A stretch of DNA of 64,000 bases. Origin: Antedon mediterranea (Eukaryota > Animalia > Echinodermata). The position numbers and the translations under genes were made by a program. Numbering within the stretch: position 1 is the stretch's first letter; every line of letters begins with the position of its first letter. Below the pieces are notes generated by a model. That model saw only the letters and a list, made by a program, of their open reading frames with translations, made no database searches and had not been told where the DNA came from. Positions 55,168-64,000 of this stretch are shown one piece after another. Location: NCBI RefSeq assembly GCF_964355755.1, contig NC_092674.1, positions 13,950,001 through 14,014,000 of the forward strand, in the 5' to 3' direction.

Positions 55168-56870
55168 GGTTCTAGGACACCTACCCCCTAGACAGTTACC
55201 CCCCGGATGTTTACCACCCGGACAACTACCCCCTTAGGACAACTACCCCCCGGACAACTACCCCCCGGACAACTACCCCCTTAGGACAATTACCCCCTTA
55301 GGATAACAACCCCCCGGACAACTACCCCCCGGACAACCACCCCCTTAGGACAACTACCCCCTTAGGATAACTACCCCCCGGTCAACTACCCCCCGGTCAA
55401 CTACCCCCCGGTCAACTACCCCCCGGTCAACTACCCCCCCCCCCAATCCAAAAGTAGACAAATATATAGGACCGGTTTCTGTAAAAATGAAATCATCTGT
55501 TTTTAACGGGTGTTTCGAAACTAGAGACCGGAGACCAGAGACCTGACACGAGACCCAATACGAAAAGGGAGATCTATATTTGGGTCTCCCTTTTCGTATA
55601 TTAGGGTCTCCCTTTTCGTATAGTGTGGTCTCTCTTTTCGTATAGTGGGGTCTCCCTTTTCTTATAGTGGGTCTCCCTTTTCGTATATTTAGGTCTCCCA
55701 TTTCGTATATTTGGGTCTCCCTTTTCGTATATTTGGTCTCCATTTTCGTATATTTAGGTCTCCCTTTTCGTATATTAGGGTCTCCCTTTTCGTATAGTGG
55801 GGTCTCCCTTTTCGTATAGTGGGGTCTCCCTTTTCGTACGTGGGTCTCCCTTTTCGTATATTTAGGTCTCCCTTTTCGTATTGGGTCTCGGGTCTCTGGT
55901 CTCTGGTCTCGGGTCTCTAGTTTCGAAACACCCGTTTTTAACCGATTATTCTGTTTAACAGCACGCTAGACCCTAGATGTGCTAGATTTAAAGTACCGTA
56001 TTTATTGAAAAAACGGCCTGGGCTGTTTATTGTTTATGTGGTTTTTAGGTGGACATTTATTGGAAGAAAGTTGTTTATTCAATGGGAGGGGGTATAATCT
56101 AATGGAAATAGACGCCGATTATTCCATATGATGTTTCATGGGAGTGACATGGTCACCGTTTATTTGAGGGGAATTTATTTAAAGATCGACGTTTATTCGG
56201 TGAGTGAACATTGAGGTCAAATATCAAAAGTGATATTATTCTTCAAGTTTACAAAAATACATATATGACAAATTTGAGACAAAAATTAATTCTTTTAAGA
56301 CCAGTGGTTATCGAAGCATTGTCCTGACGCAAAAATTATTATTATTATTAGCGAACCCAGTCTTTACAGTAAATACATGGAGTACTATATAATACGTTCG
56401 ACTATCCTATGATCATGTGTGACAATCTTCAGTTTATACCACCAGGCTATATTTATGTTCAATCTTTTACTTTTGTTTACAATAATGAATAGTAATTCGT
56501 CAAAGTAACGAATTAAAATATAGTTATTAATTAATAGTTGCAGAGTCAGGTTGTTGAATGGTCTGGGTGGTTAGGGTGTTCTAAAGGGATAGTTTTCTGG
56601 GTGGTAATTGTCCGGGGGGTAATTGTCCGGGAGGTAATTGTCCGGGGGGTAATTGTTCCTAGGGGGTAATTGTCCGGGGGGTAGTTGTCCAGGGGGTAGT
56701 TGTCCTAAGGGGGTTGTTGTCCTAAGGGGGTAGTTGTCCGGGGGGTATTTGTCCGGGGGGTAGTTGTCCTAAAGGGGTAGTTGTCCTAAGGGGGTAGTGG
56801 TCCAGGTGGTGGTTGTCCGGGGGGTAGTTGTCCGGGGGGTAAATGTCCAGGGGGTGAATATCCGGATACG
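55168..56870. mobile_element. MITE with GGACAACTACCCCC-repeat arms (MULE- or hAT-like)
   Basis: Inverted tandem arrays at 55170-55440 and 56590-56870; 8-bp TSD GTTTTTAC. Confidence 0.75.
55508..55933. mobile_element. Nested MULE-like MITE
   Basis: TIR GGGTGTTTCGAAACTAGAGACC, 9-bp TSD GTTTTTAAC, internal ~22-23-bp GGGTCTCCCTTTTCGTATA tandem array. Confidence 0.85.
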
Positions 56871-57138
56871 GTTTTTACTCGGGGTACCCGAGTCTAGTAC
56901 TTACTCATTTTCTCCTCCACCATCTGGACACTATTGAGTAAAAAGTGCGATTTTTAAAGTACTACTCCTCCCTTATTAGTTGTAGTATTGAGCTGGGATT
57001 TGGCATGAACATACTACAGGGACATGTCCTCAAAGCTATAGAGCCGGATTTTTAATTTTTTGTTAATTAATTTGTTTAATTAAGAATCCACAATGTGTGA
57101 CACACACCACAGCGTTATGTAGTTATATGGTTATATGC

Positions 57139-57210
57139 GGCTTCTTGGCGTAGTGGTTATCACGTTTGCTCAATACGCAGAAGGTACCTGGTTCGAGCCC
57201 GGGCTAAACC
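57139..57210 (+). pseudogene. Degenerate tRNA-Val-like copy
   Basis: TAGTGGTTATCACG..GCAGAAGGT..GGTTCGAGCCC followed by a T-run; mismatched acceptor stem. Confidence 0.7.
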
Positions 57211-57420
57211 TTTTTTTTTAAACTTTATGGTGAAAAGTACTGTATACGCAATATGATAATTATACACAGTATATCTTATTATTATTTTTTTAAATACTTA
57301 TTTTGTGAAATCGGTAATTATCACTTTTACACATGTTTATTTTGCTTTGTGCTTATTACCATTTATTTGTAATTTAAATGGATTAAAAAACTTTCTGTAA
57401 CCCACAATTTCAATGTAAGA

Positions 57421-57492
57421 GGTTTCGTAGTGTAGTGGTTGTCAAGTCTGCTTAACACGCAGAAGGTCCCGGTTCGAGCCCTGGCGAAATCT
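57421..57492 (+). pseudogene. tRNA-Val(AAC)-like, probably a pseudogene
   Basis: Acceptor GGTTTCG/CGAAATC; anticodon arm TCTGC-TTAACAC-GCAGA; mismatches in D and T stems; downstream T-run. Confidence 0.72.
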
Positions 57493-58489
57493 ATTTTTCT
57501 TTAACTTTCTAACTGTATACGTCTGTATACAGCTTCTTTCGCTGTACCCCGAGTATTGCACATTCGTGCTTGTTTTAAATGTTTTATAAAATCAAATAAA
57601 AATCTCGATTCATATCTATTTATTGTATCATTTTGCATAAAATACAGTGTTGCTCTACAGTACCATCCAAAAACTGAAAAAAAAACACGAAATATCATTC
57701 TCTAACATTCAGTGCCCTAAAGGCATATGGTAACAATGATTACAGAATCTATTACGAGAGGTGATGGACCTTTTCTTTGAACGTCAAATAGTACATTGGA
57801 AGGTCGGGTCCTCAGTAAAGTATCTTATAAAAATGAGTACTGTAGTCCTATATGTGATGCATAACTAAAAATACGTTACAGCTAATTCCTGCATGTGGTC
57901 TCGGTAAACTATAAAACAAGGAATAATGAGAATACTTTCAATGACAGATTTATAAAAAAAGATGTATGCCTAATGTGACTTGTTTTATTGTTAAATAACT
58001 ATGTAACTATGCATTTTTTGATAGGGATGTAATGGGATAAAACGATCATCATTACATTCCCTTTCCGATGGATGGATGGTTCAGTGTGGAATGTCGGCCA
58101 TTTAAAAATACAAATGGCACCTAACTCTTTTGAATTCAGCAACTCAAGAATAACAAAGTTAGCCAATAAAATCTATTTTGGCACACATATCGAGCTGGAG
58201 CTAGTTTTCCTTACATATATGTGACTGTATTATACCGTATCATAATGTAGTATATTTTAAATTTTGACATGACATAATAAACATTGAAAGTTCTTTCTAA
58301 CAGATTTTTCTCCGGGTACGCGCCGCCGTCTTCTTTATATCTTTACATAGATTGTATATTGCTGCAGCTTTCAATAAGCCGTGCGGAGGATTCATGTAAT
58401 GTCTCTTAGTATTAACAGGGAAGAGTTAAATTACGTAAATTAACTCTTCCCTGGTATTAAAGGGTAACACCGCGGCTTTAAAATGTATA

Positions 58490-58640
58490 TTATGAATATA
58501 CATTGCTGAACCACCACTCATTCGTCCAAGACGGGAATCATTTATTAAGTTGTAATTTTCAAGATCTATTATATTCGGATTATTGTCGTCAAACCATGTC
58601 TCTGACATTACAATTACTGTAAATGTATGTTTTAATGACG
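58490..58640 (-). pseudogene. LINE apurinic endonuclease fragment
   Basis: FTVIVMSETWF..R..GGSAMYI motif, at the junction of two class-A modules. Confidence 0.7.
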
Positions 58641-59056
58641 TTATTATTACAGTTGTAGACTATGTATAAATATTATAATGTACCGCGATGGTAAGCCGAC
58701 TTGCAAAAAAATTAATAATATTACAAGTAATATGTATTATTAATTTATAAAGATTAAACAAGTTATTACAAAGTGTGACATCAGTTGTTCCAAAACCTTG
58801 ATTAATCTGACTTTACAATGTCAAGATTAACCTTGACGAGGCAGCGGTGTTCCGAACCATGTGAGGGGTACAACCGTGCAGTTCTCAACAATTTAGTCAT
58901 CCTCGCAAAAAAAAATGATCTGTAATATGACCCGCGATGTTGTTGCTTCATTTAGGTATGTTATTACTGGCACGCCCTTTAAATTGTAAAATTAAACACT
59001 CTTTTAATCACACTTAATTATTTAGTAATATTATTATTAATTTTTGTAACACTTAC

Positions 59057-59155
59057 TTTGCCATAAAGATCCAATTTAGCACCTGCCTTGAGCAAAATAG
59101 TGCAAACATCTGTGTGGCCGTTTTCTGCAGCCACATATAAAGGTGACACTCCATC
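59057..59155 (-). CDS. Ankyrin-repeat exon E1: DGVSPLYVAAENGHTDVCTILLKAGAKLDLYGK
   Basis: 99 bp, open, canonical splice sites, phase 0-0; lies within ORF 59018-59230. Confidence 0.92.
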
Positions 59156-60386
59156 CTGAAATATTACAAACATTATGTTATAGTATTTTCTCTCTCTAAA
59201 CAAAGAATTATAATTTTGTCCTAAAATCAATACGATGTGATCAATTAAAAATGACGTTATAGATTTAAATAATGCTACATTGTTAAATTTAATAAAGAGT
59301 ATTAAGCCTTTTCTTTAAGATAATGTATTGTATACGTATACATTTTTCTTTCTTGTATAACAATGTTTTATAGTGCTTTATAAATGTATAAAAAAATTAT
59401 AAATAAGTGTGTTTTTTTTGCCTGAAAAGTAAACACTTCATCCGGTATTGCTAACTAGTCCGAGTGTAAATTATGATAACGTGACCTTTGAACTGGCAGT
59501 TACAGTTTAAAATCTAGGCTCCAAATTCTGTTCAGGTAACACATTTTGACTGATAACTTCTTACTATTGGTTTAATGTTACCGTTACTCTTGGAGGAGAT
59601 ATATGTCTTTTTTAAATGTTTTATAAAATAAAAAAAATCTCGATTTATATCCATTTATTGTATCATTTTGCATAAAATACAGTGTTGCCCTACAACACAA
59701 TACAATGCAAAAACAAAAAACTGAAAAAACAACGACACGTCATTCTCTAACATCCAGTGCCCTAAAGGCATATTGTATTACAATGATTACGGAATCTATT
59801 ACGAGAGGTGATGGACCTTTTCTTTGAACGTTAAAATAGTGCATTGGATATGTTGGGTCTTGCAAAATTGAAAGTGTTTCCTCAGTAAAGTCTCTTATAA
59901 AAATGAATCAAATTGAGATCTGCCTAATTATAAGTACTGTAGTCATATACGTGAAGCATAACTAAAAATACGTTCCAACTAATTCTTACATGTGGTCCGG
60001 GTAAACTATAAAACAATGAATAATGAGATTTCTTTCAAGGACAGATTTATACAAAAAAAAAAGACGTAATGCCTAATGGGAGGGTTAACTCCAAAATATT
60101 TGGATTTTTTACGCAAAGGTAAAGCCTATTTGATATTAGGTTATTTTCCTTTTTTTCTGGGTTACTGTATGTGTTGAAAATACTGTATGGGTTGAAAATA
60201 CTGTATGGGTTAAAAAGGTCGTAAGATGTTAGTTTATTAGTATAGAGTACTGAAAACCATAATAGTAGGTAACATTTGTAATTGAGGGCGTTTTATTTGA
60301 CACGACAGAGCATGTGAACTCCCCAAAAACGTACCGTATCATAATGTAGTATTATTTTAAATTTTGAAATGACATAATAAACATTG

Positions 60387-61395
60387 GTAATTGGCAATGG
60401 TATCCTATCCAACAAAGAATCTACGAGTGTTGGAGCTCCTCAAGGATGTGTTATCTCTCCAATTTTGTTCTCTTTTTATTCTAGTAGTTTTAATATTTTA
60501 AGTAAAGATTGCAATATTGTAAAATACGCTGACGATACTGTAATTAGTGGTTATCTTTGCGATAGTAAGCATAATGTAAATGAATTTGTTAATGAAGTTG
60601 GAAGATTTGTTAATTGGTGTGAAGATATGAACTTAATACTTAATATTACTAAAACCAAAGAGATGATAAAAGATTTTCGTAAAACCGCAGTTGAACATAA
60701 TGTAATAACTATTAAAGAAACCGAGGTTGAAAGAGTAATCCAATACAAATACTTAGGTACTATAATTGACAACAAATTAAAATGGGAGTCAAACTCTCTC
60801 ATGATTTCCAAGAAGGCATCTCAAAGGCTCTACTTTCTCAGAAAACTCAAGCAAATTAGAGTTGATAACACTATTTTAATTCTATTTTATCAAAGTATTA
60901 TTCAAAGTATTTTATCTTTTAGCATTGGATGTTTTTATGGTAACTTTACTGAAAATGATAAGAAAAATATTGAGAGACCACGTAAAATTGCACAACGTAT
61001 TATTAAAGCTGATCTAACGCCTTGTTCATTTATCTATGAAAAGAGTATTCTAAAAAAAGTTAACAATATTATGAAAGACCCCACTCATCCGTTACATTAC
61101 TGTTATAACTTAAATAGATCAGGCATTAGGCTACGACCTCCAAGAGCAAATCTTTGTAGAACTAGAAAATCATTCGTTGTAAATAGCATTCATATTTTTA
61201 ATTCTAATGTAAGACGTTAATGCAATTTTTAATAGTTTTACATTTTTAACAGTATTTTTAACTTTTTATCTTGTATTTTTAATCTGTTATAATACTGCAC
61301 GTTTTTAAATTGTTGCAATACTGTTGTTTTAATCTACCAAGCAAAGTGAATTTCCATTTTATGGACAAATAAAATTTCTTGAATCTTGAATCTTG
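60387..61395 (+). mobile_element. 5'-truncated Rex1/Babar LINE with uninterrupted RT C-terminus
   Basis: GAPQGCVISP, KYADD, QRLYFLRKL; (TCTTGAA)n tail; empty site ACATTG|AAAG seen at ~58285. Confidence 0.88.
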
Positions 61396-62279
61396 AAAGG
61401 TCTTTCTAACATATTTTATTCTCGGGGTACTCGGATGTTGTACTTAATTATTGTTTTATTTATTGTAATGCGCCGTGTTCTTTATATCTTTACATAGATT
61501 GTATATTGTTTTTTAATAAGCCGTGCGGAGGATTGTAGTAGTATGCTACATACAATGTGGATTGTTGAACATTTTAAGTTATTGATGATGAAAATTATAT
61601 TATTATTGTAACCGAATTTGTCATGATATACGATGAATTTAAATCAGTTTTTGCATCATAGTATAGTAGTATTGTATTATTATTGTAACTGAATTAACAT
61701 TGTTAAAGTTTTATAGAATACTGGTAAAATACTGGTAAGTAATGTACCACACTCCACCCTAAACTTGGCAATGTATTTAGTACTGAACATTGTATTACAT
61801 TGACAAGTCAGAATGTTATAATGTACTTGGTATGGAAACTATACTAAATGACCAAAAGGTGACATACACTTTTGTCAAATCATTTTCCTGTTTTGAATCG
61901 TTGGATAGATTTAAACTATGAAACTATTTTAACAATAATATTGTTTTTACATTATACGTATGATGTAGTAATTCTTTGTTTGTCAAGTAATGGTAAATGT
62001 ATAATTTGTATAGTGTCCCATATCGTATCTTTATGAACGCGTTATAATTTTTATTCTGTTCTGGTTCACTATGTGTAAAAGTGAAGATCAAAATAATTAA
62101 AATGTTTGACTTAATCGTGATCTTTAAAATTATAATCATGAATACATTGTCTCAATGTTAATATTTAAAGTAATTTTTTCTTTATTTTATATGTCATTTG
62201 ACCCAAGCCTAAATATGAAAGCATTCTTTAGAAAATAAATAGTAGGCCTACATAATCAGAATGTGGATATTGGTATAAT

Positions 62280-63326
62280 AGGAATAATTAATGACTTTTT
62301 CTCTTTAAACTGTGGTCATAAATTGCCTATTCTAACAGTGGCGTGTGGAAATAAAGTGGATTTGCCTGTGTGGAAAGGTTTAGTAGAAAATAATATTAAG
62401 TTTTGCGTGACTCTGGGTGTAGTAGTGTCGTGGTGAAACGATCCTTTGTGAAATCGGAACAACTAGCGGGAGAATTTAGTACGTGTGTATTGATAGATGG
62501 AACTGTAAGGCGTTTTCCTATAGCTAATATTAATATTAATACTCCATTTTTGTCAGGACCGGTAAAGGCGAGTTGTATGGAAAACCCTGTGTTTGGATTA
62601 ATTATTGGAAACGTTACAGGGGTAAGGGATCCGAATGATCCTGAAGAAAATTGGGCCCTTAATAACGGTATAATAAAAGAGAATAAAATGTCGTTAATCA
62701 ATATCGAAAATGCAGAACCATCCGGTGCCATGATGACTAGAAGTCAGCACAATTCCGTGAGAAAACCCCTTAAACAATTAAAAGTAGCTACTCCTATACC
62801 AATTGATTTGATTCATGAAAGATTAATCGAAGACCAGTATAATGATTTTACATTGGGGAAAGTTAGAGATTTGGCCAAAAAGGGGAGATAAATAAATGAC
62901 TAGAAATGGAAATTACTTTTAATACATATTTAGTGACGGAATTTCGTGGAGAGAGTTTTTGTCTCCTAAGGTGGAATTCGGTAATTTAGTAAGACAAGTA
63001 GTTGTTCCTAAAACTCTTAGAGGGGTAGTTTTGCAGTTGGTCCATGAATCTGTATTAGGTGGTCACCTCGGTGTTAAGAAAATAACTGACAACATTTTAA
63101 CAATTTTGTTTTGGCCTGGGTTGCAATCCGATGTACGTAGATTTTGCCAGTTGTGCGACATATGACAGCAAACCGTATCTAAAGGAAGGGTCCTTAAAGT
63201 ACCATTGGGTAAAATACCTACAATCGAGGAACCGTTCGAAAGAGTAGGTGTAGATTTAGTAGGGCCAATTAAACCCATGACAAAAAGGGGACATCGATAT
63301 ATTTTGGTGTTGATAGATTATGCGAC
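62280..63326 (+). pseudogene. Gypsy (Gmr1-like) protease + integrase fragment
   Basis: LRDSGC aspartic protease, then H..H..C..C integrase zinc finger and FERVGVDLVGP..YILVLIDYAT; contains stops. Confidence 0.85.
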
Positions 63327-64000
63327 AAAAAAAAAACCAAACAAAAACAGCTATTTTGTGGAGGTTTTTTCAATGTAACTTTCTTATAAATTGACCAATT
63401 TTTATGGCTGTTTCGACATTGTAATGCCTAATTGAGTACCTACAATGTCATGTTATTTTTAATTGTTAACTTTTAAAGTTAGACGATTTGAAAATTGTGT
63501 TAAAGAATAGGCTTGTTTTGTCAATTTTTACATAAACGTTTATAACGTTTGACTGATAACGTTTAATGATATTGGCTGTTCCACCATGCAAAAGCTAAAC
63601 AATCAAGCTTTAAATGACCTAAAGTAAAATGTGATTGGTTCAGATACTTCGTCGGAACAGCTCCTTTTTTGAAGCAGTGTTTTGGTTTATCAGTGACCGG
63701 CTAGTGTTAAAGGAGAGGGGAAAATGTTCGAAGTCACCAAACCTTTCCTTAGCAGTCAGAACGTAACGTTAAAACTAAAATTACAGTTGCTGAAAAACTA
63801 CTTATCCAAAACGCTTTATTTTTCACGAAATGTAAGAGTTATTATCCCTTATTTTTAATATGTTAAATGTATTTAAGATTAAGATACAGGATTCTTTATA
63901 TAAGTAATTTTAAAACACTTGGTTTATTTGAAAACCACCAGCGTGGCTTTGCCGTAATGGTGGACTCGTCCATTTTACTAATAGGAATAGGATTGTAGCA

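Larger units (their letters stand above)
55161..57574 (+). mobile_element. Helentron-associated (HINE/DINE-1-like) element, interrupted by MITEs
   Basis: Subterminal IR TACTCGGGGTAC (56876-56887) / GTACCCCGAGTA (57544-57555), short IR CCGAGT, 3' hairpin GCACATTCGTGC then TTGTT, inserted in a T-run. Confidence 0.7.

Noticed and set aside
55354-55743. Repetitive 129-aa ORF
   Set aside because: Translation of minisatellite arrays within MITEs.
57139-57492. Functional tRNA genes
   Set aside because: Stem mismatches and location inside a TE-like insert.
59018-59230. Stand-alone 70-aa ankyrin ORF
   Set aside because: It is intron read-through around a 99-bp exon with canonical splice sites.

Overview
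AT-rich animal (probably marine invertebrate; echinoderm-like by impression only) genomic DNA, not prokaryotic. The only host coding signal is a minus-strand array of six 99-bp, phase-0 exons, each encoding one 33-aa ankyrin repeat (59057-59155, 54146-54244, 46522-46620, 41280-41378, 23469-23567, 7015-7113). The repeats have a near-invariant scaffold, and most variation falls on the target-binding positions. Each exon lies in a duplicated exon+intron module (two classes, + strand order A-B-A-B-A-A), is bracketed by a short inverted repeat next to its splice sites (degenerate in two copies), and is followed by an invariant intronic 17-mer. The gene start and end lie outside the window. The introns are full of TEs: full-length RTE LINE, Sola2-like element with a spliced transposase ORF, palindromic Academ derivative, Harbinger and MULE-like MITEs, foldback element, Helitron, Helentron-type element carrying tRNA-Val-like copies, Rex1/CR1/L2/Tx1 LINE fragments, tRNA-SINEs, Gypsy LTRs and pol fragments. 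All alignments were done by eye; TE family names come from motif recognition, not database searches.
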